From NCBI RefSeq assembly GCF_902459465.1, contig NC_047065.1, positions 10,044,001 through 10,108,000 on the forward strand: a stretch of DNA of 64,000 bases, in the 5' to 3' direction. This stretch comes from Asterias rubens. Lineage: Eukaryota. This document shows positions 46,803-60,989 of the stretch, piece by piece; positions within the stretch are counted from its first letter, which is position 1; each line of letters starts with the position of its first letter. Below the pieces are notes generated by a model, which saw only the letters and a list, made by a program, of their open reading frames with translations, was not told the DNA's origin and made no database searches. The translations under genes and the position numbers were made by a program.

Positions 46803-49800
46803 GTCATAATATGGAAGTCATTTGAATTTGGTTATTCCAAGGTGTAGTTTTAAGTTCGTTCAAGTCAACAAAATGCAAATGGAAAAACATTGATGAGGTG
46901 AAGTGTTAGTACAAAAATAGGGTTACTTTGTGCAAATGTTTTTATCAATATTTGTGTACAGTATTATTGAAAATGCTTGTCCTCGCCTGTGTATTAGAAT
47001 ATTAAGTGTATGTTAAGTCTGCATTCACAGTCTATCAGTTTGTGTGTATTTCCATATGGACGGGCTTGTAATAATACTAGACATAAACACAGTGTTACTG
47101 GTATACCTCTCGTTACTCTAATCCAACCGAGCACGTGTTCTGACAGCTTCAAGTTCCACTGATACAGTTCTATTTAGATTGACAATGTCCCAGCCAGCAT
47201 GTTCTCTCATTAACGATATATGCGATGCGTGCACTTAAGTGAAAATGTCAGTTGCGCAGACGAGGTCATTGTCGCCCATATTCACCCAATGGAAATATAT
47301 ATATATATGTATCATGATTGGAGAATTATACTCACAAATGAGTTCATTATAATAAAGGAAAATATGCCAAACGGTTGTTTACTAAACCCCCCATACCGCA
47401 CTGATTGACAAGATAACCATTCTATTGTAGTTTCATTTATATGCAAATATTGCAAACATTGTCACAGTATTTGTTTATTACAGGGCATACATCATTGACA
47501 CTTATGTACTAATGTGGTTTTCGCATGACCAAGTAGTTAGTTCAAATAAGAGATGGTTGAGAAGTTGCGCTAAAAAGATATCCCTTAATTGGTCCATGTG
47601 GCAACCTTCAAATCGACACAACAATATATTTTGCGGAGAGGAATATACCAGCTCAACAGCTGCTATTTCAGGATGGCTCAGAAAATGTGTTAATTAGTAC
47701 GTTTGTATTTACTATGCATTCATACACGGGTAGCCCCCCTTACCTATACGTGTTTTCCATCGGTCTAACAACCCGTGGATTGGTGACATTAGGTCTGATA
47801 ATAGCGAATTTTGCAAAATGAGTTCGCACTCTCGGTTTTTAAATGTGTGCAAAATAGGCATGTTGCTTGATATGCTTTTTATGTATCAATTTTTTATATT
47901 TTTGCTGCTCCTTGCACTTGCCTATATACTTAAAATGGTTATTTTTCTTCTATGTGGCTTTTAACTATTGTTTCTGCATTTCGTGCTATCTTTTCGCAAG
48001 TGTTATTTCGCGTTTGAGGTGTCTTGAGGCCTATCATGAAGGCGCTATATCGGCCCCTAAATACTTTGTTATCATTATTATTTGAGAACCAATCATAAGC
48101 AGGGGACTACAGTCATGAGCAATACACACTAATACGTTTTAAATGTTACTCATTTTGCTCGGCAGCGTCTTTCTGCGTTAATCAGATTTATTATTATGGC
48201 ACACCGATTTTGAAAAACCAATAATAATGATCAACGCATATACTTTATATCAGTAAAAATGCAGCAAGATACCAGTCACACGTGACATTGTGATTTGACT
48301 AGCCATACCTTATTCTTGTCAGCAAATTGTTGTTGGTATGTTTAATGTGCAGCTCTTTGGAATTGAGCTGTGTGACATAATTAATTAACCGTTTGTTGCT
48401 TTATACAGGATAGGCCTATACATCAATCATAACGTGTTTAGCCATGAAAGTTGGTTTCGGACAACTGGTCAAAGCACTTTAAAAGATAACGGCACTGTAT
48501 AGTACTTCGCTTCAACCCATGATTGGCTTGACTTGATAGACATTTATAACAATTTTAAAATATTATGAATATTTTTAGAGTAAGCTTAGTGTTTGTCGTC
48601 CTGTACACATGAACAGACTCAAATGTTGCCGTTCGGACTGCAATGTACGATCTGACAGTTAAAGCTGACTTAAAGAATTGATTTATCTCGTGCAGCGTAT
48701 CACGTCACATGAAATAAGATATTATCCTTCGACTCTGTGTGCTCTCAGTTTGTGTCTTCAAGTCTTCCATAGCCTAGATATGCACCGGTACTATTTCATC
48801 ATTAGTCATGCTTTTCCAGGGACGGGTTTAAGGATATTTGGTTTCAAATTACTTACTTTAATCGTCCTCTCCGAAATATACAAAGCTTTCAATTTTGATG
48901 ACTTTGAAGTGAAACTTCATTGTCACGTGCCCATCGGCATAAGAACCGGAAAACAATTTATATTATTTGACCAATTATTCTCGTCTGTGTTTGTTTCTTC
49001 TAATAAGTTGTACTCAGTTTAACGGTCATTTCTCTATATGGTTTGGCAACTTGCAAGATGTTACACTGAATACTAATTTGGGACAGTCTGATTAGAATGG
49101 CTCACTTACCTTTTTTCACACGATGGATAAGACGAATGGCTAAAGAGTCGCTGTTGGACATGTTGATTGAATGTCTGACACAGTTTAACAACATCGCTAA
49201 CCAACGGTAAGTTCACGACTGCAGTTTATACTTCGACATGCACCGCCGGTCATGCACACACCAAGCTAGTGGCTTTACAGGCAACTAAAATAGGTCATGT
49301 AGGTTGGAGATGGAGCCCACAAAATCACCCTCTTCCAGTTGAAATGAAGAGAAACATAGACGTGTAGAAACTATAGATGTAAAGCGAGCAGGCAGCGTAT
49401 GGAACCTTACCCCTTGAGTCGTTACCTCAAACCCTCTCATCAATATTGCCTTTCAACAAACTCCTTTACTTCATCCATTCCCAATTGAAGAATTTCATTA
49501 GACCTGCTGCAAATGAGACTTGCAAAACTGGCTTCCAAGTAGTTTCATGTACACAACCAGGGCGACGTAAAGCCAGAGTGAGACAGAGTAGTGGTAATTA
49601 TAGTGGCTCTACTGCATTCCTAATGACAGGCTGCAATGAGACAGCCGGCAAGTTCATTTGACTGCCATGTCGACCTGCACGTGTGCTATGAATATGCCGG
49701 CCCCTGCCCTATAGCTCGCAATGGTACATGGGTAAAAACAATTGATTCCTCCGTCATGGTGGCTGACGTAAAACGTCAGTTTCATTCATGTGTGGATTGA

Positions 49801-52315
49801 ACATGATGGGAATGTATGCTAATTAGAATCAATCGATGATAATAATGTGTCCCTTAAATATTTAAAGAATTTTCAATTACGATTTGTTTATTTCTGTGCA
49901 GGGCAGAGGCTGCTGATAATCACAGGCATCTTTCTCGTTAATACTAACCCTTCGGATGACTAATTCACTTTAGAGTAAATAATGTAATACAAATCTATAC
50001 AAAGCTGGCATTACAATCAAACCAGAAAAAAAGTAGTTAAAATGCTTCCTGTGTTAAGTGACTCAAACCGCCATTAAATGTTATTCCATGATTTTGTTTT
50101 ACCTACTACAAATTAATAACCCTCATACATTAATATCCTTCCAAAATATAATTACTTTTGATTGTCAAATTTGAATTTTTAAACAATACATATAAAAGTA
50201 TCATTAAAAAACACACAATAACCTCATGATTCAATCTCATCTTCAAATTCACCCTTCTCCAATTTAAATATAAACACTATTTAGTATTTGTCAACTGTCA
50301 TGTGACCCATGTTCAATATGGTCCACATTGAACACCTATACAATGACTACTCCAGCCCTTTCGATTGCCGCTTTTTATCCAAAAGGATCCCTAAACGCAC
50401 CTGCTTCAAAATACACTAAATAAAGCGGCTTCTCCACGCTGGATCAGAGTCTGGTGTCAGTATCAAGACAACATACTTCCTCTGGTCATAATGAAAGAAA
50501 GATTCCCAAATGAAAACTAACTGTCATTCTATGTCGCAACGAGACCTCTCCTCAATGATACCTGTTTTTGGTTGTAACCTTGCTATCTATTTGCCTGTGA
50601 GCCCGGTCATCTACTGTGTGCATCGTAACAAGTCAAACTGAACCCTTAGGCTTAGACACTTGATGATGCTGAGTGCCACTCGCTCCCCAAGAGTAAGCGA
50701 TATTGATTTACGGATTGGACTCTTGTTTCCAATCCGAGGGTGATGTTCTATCCGTAGTTTTCAATCAGCGATCTATTCGCCAGGAGATATGTTTTTATGT
50801 GGGAGCCTTTTTGGAGGGAGTCACGTTGTGTTTAGTAGACTGCCTCCAGACTTAAGACTCGGTCGGTACATCGTTACATCTACCGATACAAGATTGTATT
50901 CTAGCTCTCGAGGATGTAAAGTGAGGTAGTCGGACTCCAATGATCATTTCAGTTAGGAATCGGATTCTGATATTTGAAACTCCACTTACTTATTCGCTTC
51001 GATCCGCATAAACGTATATGAGAAAGGTCCGTGTCGACACGACATGGCTGAACCAACAATACTAAATTTATGTTTATTACTCTGTGTGAAACATTGTGCA
51101 ACATTATGAAGTTTTGATACGACTGTGGAATATATCAAGCAATGCTGTGTCTGAATGTAGCATTAGATATTCCAGTCAGGTTTCAGCATAATCAAAGGGT
51201 TTGGAATTGGTGTTTTTTTACATGCGTTTCCAAACGTAATCACTTCACAATTCCTAAACAGGACATCAATCAATCTCCATTTAAATTCACCACGGATGTC
51301 TTCATTCCAAATTTAAATGATTGAGTTAATCAATCTTGTTAAGCCACTTGTATTATAGATTATCTGTTGGGTTTCATTTTAACCCTAACAGGTCGGGCTT
51401 TAATTCAAACTGAGATTACCGCGCGCACTGGACCCGGTGCCCTTGACATTCACGGCAGGTTTTCGAAAAACTTTCCTAAAAGTAAAAATTCCTTTAACCC
51501 AAATCTACTTTGCAAACGCCCCCCCCCCAAAAAAAAAAGAGAAAAAAAGTAATAATAAAATAAAATAAAAATAAAATAATAATAATAATTAATTAAAGAC
51601 CATCACGTAGTTTCAGCAGAGGGTGATAGGGGTAAATGTGTGTAAAATTAATTGGCAATTTTGTTTCCTCCATATTTCCGTAACTTTAGGCCCACCACTT
51701 TTGTTTTAAATGCAGACAAGTATTCAGTCATGACACAAGAAGTATAATATGGAGGAAATTTTCTAAGGTCACCGTGTGGCTCTTTATCTCAAAATATAAC
51801 GAACAAACAAAAATGCAACGGCTTTTTAAAAATTCTTATAATGAACTACTGATTGTCACGCAGTATTAATATTTTCACTTTATCGGGGACAAAATAAAAA
51901 TAACAAACAGTGTGCATTTTAAGTGTAAATAAATATACACAAAGTTCGCTTACCGAGGAAAATACAACCATGGAGGTAGGATTCTGCCTTGGTAATCGTA
52001 GATCTTTCTAACTTTATTATTAATATTTAGTTTCATTATTAAAAAGTTATGAACAAAACTGTAGGGAGATTACGAGGAGGAGTTCAGAGCATGATATTGA
52101 ATCACGTGAATCTCTATAGAGAGAGGCCTCAAGCATATAGGTCAACCTTTGTCTATCTTCACCTTTCACATTATTCATATGCAGACGATCGCAAGTGCAG
52201 CCAAACGTCACCTCGGACCAAACAAAACACAGATATAGAAAGCTTACGTCACTGCATCTAATGAAATGATTGTATCCATGAAATCACTAGTGCTGAAAAG
52301 CAAGTACCTGTCAAT

Positions 52316-52476
52316 GGGTGCATTCGTTTAGCCATAGAGGAAGGGTTTAGCTTCCCTGGGTGGACCCCGGAGTGTGGCGGGTTTTTAACACGTAGGTAAT
52401 TATCTTCTCACGTTCGTCCTAAAAAAAAAAACGCCACACACCGGGGTCGACCCAGGGAAGCTAAACGAACGCACCC
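52316..52476. mobile_element. MITE with GGG...CCC termini (PIF/Harbinger-like)
   Basis: gggtgcattcgtttagc..ttccctgggt.gacccc / ggggtcgacccagggaagctaaacgaacgcaccc; TSD not clear. Confidence 0.7.
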
Positions 52477-52974
52477 TTTATTTATCCTTACAGGGGCCCA
52501 GTCTTATTCCCATAGCCTTTGACTGATATGCATGTAAACGATATTTTCACCTTAGGGGGCGCTCTGACTACACAATGATGATTAATGAAGATAACGTTTG
52601 TCTCCGCAATGAACCAGACACGCAGTATCGACGGTTGTGTTCTGCTGGAAATCACTCAATTACATTAGTCATGAACCGTAGAACTGTCTATTATTTTATT
52701 TTCTTCAGACAGGTTTTTATATTTGATATATTAACAATATCAACTGAATTATCTTTTTGTTTATTTATTTGTTTATTTTTATTTAATTTGTATTTACTAT
52801 GAAACGGCTTTGGGGTTTAACAGGGTGCTGTGACGCAATCAACCGAGCAACCTATATGCTTTGTCGGGGTGCCAGACAGAATCAAATCAATCTGTAACTG
52901 CCAAAACCTGAGATCACCTTGAGGGGTTGCGATTATTTCAAATATCAAGTAGGTTAAATAAGCTTAAGTTTAAT

Positions 52975-53035
52975 TTTTAGTTGAACAAGGACAAATAGCT
53001 GGATTTGAACCTGCGACCTCCGGATTAGGTGATCC
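52975..53035 (-). mobile_element. SINE fragment with Pol III B box
   Basis: Minus strand ccggaggtcgcaGGTTCAAATCCagct; no cloverleaf. Confidence 0.45.
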
Positions 53036-53627
53036 CTTTCCTGCCGCTTTCCATACAAGTTGTATGGACTCATCACATTTATCATGTAGTTTGAATTTTG
53101 AATTATTGTTCATGTGGGTTCGCTTACTGAACCCGTTTCGTCATTGGTGTGTCAACTTGCAAACCACGTTTAAGGGCTTTAACATCTCGTTTTCGTTTAG
53201 CTTTTCTTTCTTTTTTCTTCACTGAGAGTCCCAAATTCAATGTCAATCAGTTTCCCATTCTGTTGACCCATCAAACACGCACATTGTTAAACCATCAACC
53301 CAATTCAATAATACAGTAATATTTAATGTTGACGAGGTGCTGAATAACACTGCATGGGTCATCTTGGGTTCAAGTTTGACACGAAGATGCATCGAGGAGA
53401 TATTTCCTTGAGCGTTGGTGTGGTGGTTTTGCTATTAACCTCGATAACTTAATAGAATAGCTGAACAGATTTACTTTCCCCCTAAGCTTTAGCCTTGGTG
53501 AGTTCCACAGTGATCCTTTACATCTAGATGTACTTTCTGTGTTACTGTTTGTTGTAGATACCAACCAAGACCTGGGTTCATCTTCCATTTTCTTACGTGA
53601 GAGCTTTTGATAAATTATTATGCAAAC

Positions 53628-53837
53628 TTGTGAGAAACGGCTCCCTCTGAAGTAACGTAGTTTATGTCTCGAAATCAAGCACACAACCTGTGCGACATGG
53701 GTGTTCTTCTTCTATTCGCAACTTCGACGACCAATTGAGTTCAAATATGCACAGGTTTGTTATATTATACATATGTTGAGATACACCAAGTGATAAGTCT
53801 GGTCTTTGACAATACAACAATTTTCCAGTACCTTTAA
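53628..53837. mobile_element. Internally deleted TTAA MITE
   Basis: gtgagaaacggctccctctgaag joined to gtctcgaaatcaagc. Confidence 0.7.
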
Positions 53838-54151
53838 GCCTTCAAAGCCAATTATTCTTCAACGTTGCCGCAGCAGCCAACGACAATAGCCGTAGCCGAG
53901 ATTGCTTTATTTTGCAAAGTTTGCACAGAAACACTCGAAACTTATCGTTGACTGATGTCCTGATTCTGTCAATCAATTACTTTTGCGTTCTCAACTAAGT
54001 TCTCAGTCAATTTCTTAAGTTGGTTTCTTCAAGTGTTTACGTCGCACCCGACGCTTCTATCCAACTACATGTTTCTAGAAGGGACTCAGTGTGCTGCAAC
54101 AAAAGGGTTGGACTGTTTCTGTCCGCGAGGATAAAGAAAGGTGTCGTTATT

Positions 54152-54540
54152 TTAAAGACAGTGGACACTATTGGTAATTGTCAAAGACTATAGTCTTCAC
54201 AGTTGGTGTATCTCAACATATGCATGAGATAACAAACCTGTGGAAATTTGAGCTTAATCCGTCGTCAATGAGTTGCGAGATAATGATGAAAGAAAAACAC
54301 CCTTGTCATACAAAGTTGTGTGCTTTCTGATGCTTGATTTCGAGACCTCAAATTCAAAACTTGAGGTCTCGAAATCAAATTCGTGGAAAATTACTTCTTT
54401 CTCGAAAACTACGTCACTCCAGAAGGAGCTGTTTCTCTCAATGTTGTATACTATCAAATCAACCTCTCCCCATAACTCGTAATCAAGAAAGTTTTTTAGG
54501 ATAATTATTTTGAGTACCAATAATTACCAATAGTGTCCTT
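54152..54540. mobile_element. TTAA MITE
   Basis: TTAA|AGACAGTGGACAC...ccaatagtgtcc. Confidence 0.85.
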
Positions 54541-54845
54541 TTTTTTACAAAGATTTCATTTGATCTATTGATTTCATTGTTTTTTATTGGTCCGAGATTT
54601 GTCAGCTGCATGTTAGGCGGACGTCTGCATGCAGCGTGCTCAATGTTTGTACAATATATGCAAGTCATGTTGTTTTATACACAAGTTCGAAGGATTTGAC
54701 TGCGAATCTCCTTTTGAAATAAATGCAAGGTCAAAGGTGACATTTGGACGGGAATTGATGTAGGATTGAGGATAATATCGTACATAAAAATTGACGAAAC
54801 TCGAACACTGATGTTCCAGCTACGAAAGTATTAGCCTGAACACCG

Positions 54846-55227
54846 TTAAAGGCAGTGGACACTATTGGTAATTACTCAAAATTATTGGCATAAACCTTTC
54901 TTGGTGACGAGTAATGGGGATAGGTTGATGGTATAAAACATTGTGAGAAACGGCTCCCTCTGAAGTGCCATAGTTTTCGAGAAAGAAGTAATTTTCCACG
55001 AATTTGATTTCAAGACCTCAGATTTAGACTTTGAGGTCTCGTAATCAACCATCTAAACGCACACAACTTCGTGTGACAAGGGTTATTTTTCTTTTATTAT
55101 TATCTCGCAACTTTGATGACCGATTGAGCTCAAATTTTCACAGGTTTGTTATTTTATGCATATGTTGAGATACACCAACTGTCAAGGCTAGTCTTTGACA
55201 ATAACCAATAGTGTCCACTGCCTTTAA
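54846..55227. mobile_element. TTAA MITE, full length
   Basis: Both TIRs and both TTAA sites intact; very similar to copy 44402-44787. Confidence 0.9.
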
Positions 55228-56659
55228 AGCGCTTTATAAATGCGATTAAGTTATGTTAAGTTATCAGTAAAAACCGGTTGACCGAGTAAAGCGAGATTTG
55301 AGGTACAGCAAGCACTTGAGGGCGCTCGACATACCGCACCGCAACCTTTTTTTGCCTTGCGTTATTGGGTAAAAGGGAATCTATTGGAGTAGCCATAGTG
55401 ATCGTGTCCAAAGATTATATAGCGCCGCAAGGTGCAAGATGCGGAACTCGGGCTGGAATGTGAAATCCAACTGGACGCCATTTCGGCAAGTAACTATTTT
55501 GATACAACAATAGACCTTTGCAGATCAGTGTAGACAATGACCATTCCTATCGATGGGAAACAAAACATTCACTTGCTGAAATGGCGCCCATGCGTGTTTC
55601 ACGTTCCAACAATAGATAAAGCTTCAGTTCGGCATCTTGCGCCTTGCGGCGCTCTAAAATCTTTGATCGTGTCCTATAGTAAGGAGTGAATCCATTTATA
55701 TTCCCCGTCTAAGTTGGATAATATGAACCATGAGGGAGTTGTTTTAGCTCCCATTGCAACCATAAGACGCAAAATGGATGCTTCAACGTGTACATAAACA
55801 CCGGACACTTTATTATTGAGTCCAATTAGTGGGAGCCACCAACACTCGCCAAACACGGCTCTCTCCTCCATGCGGCACGCAGGTCCAGTTACCTTAACAC
55901 TATATCACTTCGTTAAGGTGCCGATTAGTCCCTGTTTTGACTTCACAAAGTCGGCACCATCCCCAAAGAGGATGTTATATGTCGTGAACAAAACAAAAAC
56001 ACTTAAGAAGCCTAAAATTAAAAAATTGTAGCCTTTGAGAAATACAAACATTTAAAGTAATTGTAATGTTTTGCGTCGTAGGTTCCAATACAGTTTGAAA
56101 CAGCAAATTCAAACGTGACTGATGTTGGCTGAATACAATCAGAAATAATTAAGGTCAAGGGTCACCGTGACCTTGTTGTACCAGTGTATTTAACAATAAA
56201 TATACGTAATTTTACAATTCTTGATAAGAATGCTGTACACAAAGAAAACAAATCCGCATGATCAAATTAATAAGGTATCCGCAAAAAGGTCGTTTATGAA
56301 TCCTTTGTATTCATATCTTATACCGAATCGGCAAAACATTTTAACAAGAGCTATAATAAAATAGACAACATCGGATGTTGTCTATTTTAAATTATAGTTC
56401 TTATTAAAATGTTTTGTCGACGCGAAAGCCATTGTGTGTGCTTTGCATACTGATAGCACGAGTACTGCGTTAATACCGATGCGAGTGTGGTCAACCGATA
56501 TGTGTTTGCAAAATTCTCCATGACGTGCGTTTTCTAGTCAATAATTGTACTTTACTCGCTAAGAATAAGGAAAATGGAACAAATAGACTATATTGTTTTG
56601 AGTCTCGCGATAATTTCTGTTCAACGGTTCACTAAATGCCAAGAGATATCGGCAATTTG

Positions 56660-56937
56660 CAACACTAAAGACATTACGCATAAAATAACAAACATGTGAA
56701 AGTTTGGGCTCAATTGGTCATCTAAATTTGCATGAGAATAATGAAAGACAAAACACCCTTGTTGCACAACTTTGTATGCTTTCAGATGCATAATAAACGG
56801 CTTCAGCTGAAGTCTTTTATTATATTTGAGTGAAAAGTTAACGTTTTTTCAAAAACAGCTCTCCATTGCTCGTTACCAAGTAAGTTTTATGCTAACAATT
56901 ATGTTGAGTAATTGCCAAGAGTGTCCATTGCCTTTAA
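56660..56937. mobile_element. Decayed TTAA MITE
   Basis: Internal family sequence; ends gtgtccattgcct|TTAA. Confidence 0.7.
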
Positions 56938-58472
56938 ACGACAGTTTCGTTTTAAAAGCTTGAAACAACCTTGCGCTTTATCTCATTAAAAAAACTCGTA
57001 CAAAATGCGGGTTTGTCAAAAATGAATCCCGAAACTTTAAATCGTGATGAATACAAGTAAATAGCAATCATGAAGAATAGTCTCTTTCAACACGTCTTAA
57101 TGGAATCCAAGAAGAGGAGACTATATAGTCAGTCGTGCCTTGGTAATGATACGGTGCAGACGAGCATGTAATATACTAACGGGACAGAACCTTTTACGGT
57201 GAAATCAATAAAGCACCGTAGGGTTACCCGACAGTCCGGATGCAGCTGGGGGGGGGGGGGTACTGAAGTCACATGGTATACATGCACACTGTTCTCAGCA
57301 ATTCATGCACATATCCTGCATTGGTCACTGTAAAAAAAATTTTTAGATATCTGCTAACATGTCAAGATGATAAATTTGATTCAAAAGTGTTGTTTTTTGT
57401 TAACCAGAGGTAAAAACAATTTAAACAACTGTAGGTTATTTCTATGATTTACAACATCACGATAGCTAAAATTTGATTGGAAACTGTATTGATTTGGTGG
57501 GAAAGAATTTGATTTTTCAAGTAAACACTTTGGATTTTCTTGACCTTGCTCTATGATTGTACCAACGGATACACGAATTGTCTAGCGGTATCTGCCCATT
57601 CGCTCACTTTCCATGAGATGAGATGCTGTAGTCTAACAGGATTTTGTTTAGATAATAAAACAAAGAATATAAGAAATCAACAAATTAAATATATAATGTT
57701 GCTAGTGGGGTTAAGTAGTAGTAACGAAATTAATCCTTAAAAAGGCATCTGCATTACGAAATCACTGTCGAGGTGGTATTTAATGTGTGTTTTTTCTATC
57801 TAAATCGATTGGAAAAGGGAATCCTTCATAAAATACAAAAGGACATTTTTTTCAAGATTGCAGTTCTAAAAACTAAAAACGGTGGTGACCCAGTGTCGTG
57901 GGTTGGCCGGGTGCATTTTGTTCCCGTGTGACACGGGAATTACTGAGTAATGTATTAACAATGTCTATATTCATCGATCTAAGAGTACAACGCACAAATA
58001 AATACTGTAAGTTTCAAAGACAGCAGCGAAAACACCAAAATATTGCTCACACAGCCTGCGTGTTATCGCGCACTGTTTTATGCGATCTTTTTTACTATCT
58101 GATAGTTAAAACTATAAAATACATTTGCAGGTAAGGCTTTAAACGAATACTTATATTATTACTGTTGTAAAGGGCATCAAGCAATCTAACGACTCAGTTT
58201 ACAAGGTTACATGGAGAGGCAAGTGCCGAGAGTTGTGTAGGGAACGTTACGGTGGTTGAATGGGTCCCGCGCGCGTCGGATCAAGTGCCTCTCGGTTAAC
58301 GTTAACGTGCATATTATACACCTACAATCCAGGCCAAAATGCTTGGGCCACCCATTCTTAACGTTACATAAGAACATTTTCTGTATACTTCCCACTGACA
58401 ATAATCATTCCCTCCCCGTCCCCCGTCACCCATCCCCGTCCCCCCCCCCCCCGCTCAATGTTGACTGCAACG

Positions 58473-58921
58473 TAGCCTTTAGTCAAGGCGCACGCGGCAC
58501 ACCGAATGGCACGCACAACCCCCAAAAAATGTAACGCACGAAAAAAGACTATCACCGCGAGCGGCGAAGCCGCGAAGCGCCTTTACCAACTCGTTTTGGG
58601 GGCCTCATTTGCCAACGATTTTGGTGGGAGAAAATGTAATGCATAATGAATTAGCGTGGTGAGTTGCTGGCCAATAAGAAGCCACAATTACTTGCATGAC
58701 GTCAAGCAAGTTCGTTCGATGCAAATTCGATGCAAATTCGTTACATTTTCTCCCACCAAAATCGTTGGCAAATGTAAAGAAAAACATAAGGCCCCCAAAA
58801 CGAGTTGGTAAAGGCGCTCTTCGCGGCTTCGCCGCTCGCGGTGATAGTCTTTTTTCGTGCGTTCCATTTTTGGGGCTGTGCGTGCTATCCGGTGTGCCGC
58901 GTGCGCCTTGACTAAAGGCTA
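58473..58921. mobile_element. 449-bp near-palindromic MITE (TAGCC...GGCTA) with 9-bp TSD
   Basis: TIR tagcctttagtcaaggcgcacgcggcacacc; TSD ACTGCAACG / ACTGGAACG (1 mismatch). Confidence 0.9.
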
Positions 58922-60031
58922 ACTGGAACGCAGATGACCGGCAATATTGGGACCAACATTAAAGGGGGCAGTGGGCCCAACGAGATATGGCCGGGATTGT
59001 AGGCCCTTTGCTGTTTGTCATTCAGTGGCAGTGAATTACATGCTAGAATCAGAATTGAACTTCAACTACACCTTGCTTTATGGTTACATGTACATGTATT
59101 TCGTTTCATTACAATGTTATGTTCTTGTTGATGGAAATGACCTAAAGAAAGTCAATTGCAATCCTAATACAATGCTCACATTGGCGATACAAAGTGTACT
59201 TTGTAAAACTCATTACAGCATTCTAGTCACTTCCACTAGTAGTATAGACGATGTGACCTGTGACATCACATGATGACAAGAGCCACTGAGCCTGGACTTC
59301 CTGCAGACATGATTTTTACACAGCTAAATGAAAGAAATAATAAAATCTTATATTATATGGAGATTGCAATGTCCAATTTTAACCAAATTTTAATATGATG
59401 AAAGGGAGCACATCTCAAAACTTGAGCAGCTTTTACTTTCATAACTCTTGGTTTTATGTGGAAATTCTGACACAAAATGTAAACTTTCCCATAGGACCAG
59501 TGTAGTATCTTGCCTGCCAGAATACTGAAATAATTTACAAGGTCACACTATTTGTAAACAAGGTTCACATGGTCTATAATGAGGAACAAACGCTATCTGA
59601 AGCTTCTTGACAGACATGTACTTCAAAGCTAATTTCCTTGCTTTGACTTATTGTGGGCATCAAGTTGTTAACATGACTTCTTAATAAGTGTGATCAGTTG
59701 ATGATGGGATTTGAATGAATGTTTTCCTCAAATAAACAGTGTTGGACACTACTCAAGTAGCATTTCAAGTTTGCTGATCAAATGACAACGGTGTTTGCAT
59801 TTACAGACCTGATGCTTGGTGCATTATTTATGCATATTTCATGGAATGCCTACGGCATGACCTATAGCTCATATTCCATCTCCTAATAGTGAATCCCACC
59901 ATGTTAATTTTTCCAAAATTAAAGGCAGACAACATACCAGCATAAACTAGAGACCTCTCAAACAGTAGTGTTCATTATGATGTGTTTGTGTGAAGTGTAG
60001 TAAAACTGTTTCAATATTTTACCTTTAACCC

Positions 60032-60445
60032 TTAAAGACAATGGACTCTATGTTTAATTGTCAAAGACCAGTCTTCTCACTTGGTGTATCTCAACATATA
60101 CATATTTTTAAAAGACTGTGAAAATTTATATATAGATATAATAGATATAACATAATACAATGATCAACACAAGTATCACTCGAAATTGCGTGGTTTTCCT
60201 TTTACTTCGTCGACAAATACACTGGTCGGCCATTTATGGGAGTCAAATTTTTGATTCCCATAAATGGCTGACCGCGTTATTTCGCAAAGTAAAAGGAAAA
60301 CCACACAATTTCGTGGCAAACTTGTGTGGATCATTGTATTCTACTTTTAAAACCTCTTTCTCTAGCCATGCATTTTATAACAAACGGTTACAAAACGCTT
60401 TTCAAAGACCAACTCGACCGATCCAAGGCAACGTGTTCCTTTAAG
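60032..60445. mobile_element. Chimeric TTAA MITE remnants: main-family end joined to a palindromic family ending gcaacgtgttcct|TTAA
   Basis: Internal hairpin 60156-60337 (ggtcggccatttatgggagtcaaa / tttgattcccataaatggctgacc). Confidence 0.75.
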
Positions 60446-60774
60446 CTTACCATTCCGTCGGATTGCAATTTTCGATCAGAGAAAATAACCGTTATTTTGG
60501 AAAAATGAAACTTGAACACCTTGTTGTTTATTTCTTGAATTGGAACAAACAGAATGATGATGACTTTCTAACCAGAGTTCATTCACTGATAAAGGGCATT
60601 CATCAAATATTGTAATAATTACAATAAGATATCGCTGTGTTGTGATTATTCGAATACCGCCATGGAAATTATTTTCTTTCAAGGAGTAGGTCTCTTTACA
60701 ATTGGAATAAACTATGCAGACAGAGTGTTGAATGTTGTGACGTCGTCATCAATGATCTCACACTCAGACAATTT

Positions 60775-60989
60775 CCAGGTCAGCATTGACCTGGTTCCGG
60801 GTCCTGGTGGGTCCGATACATTTCCTGGTCAGTTTGACTCGGAATCTGTGTCCAAATGACCCAGAGATGGGTCAAACTGACGTAGAATTCGATTTGAAAT
60901 CCCATGTTAACACCACTTTCTGGATTAATCTGACCAAGAAAAAGGTCAGACCTTCGCGGACCCGGAATCCGAGTCAATTCTGATCCAGG
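60775..60989. mobile_element. Diverged MITE with ~70-bp imperfect TIRs, bounded by CCAGG on both sides
   Basis: ggtcagcattgacctggttccgggtcc..ggtcag matches the reverse complement of 60930-60989. Confidence 0.6.

Noticed and set aside
48678-49022. 114-aa ORF, and the 50340-50960 higher-GC stretch, as a gene or retroelement remnant
   Set aside because: No recognisable domain in any frame I translated, and no consistent splice signals.
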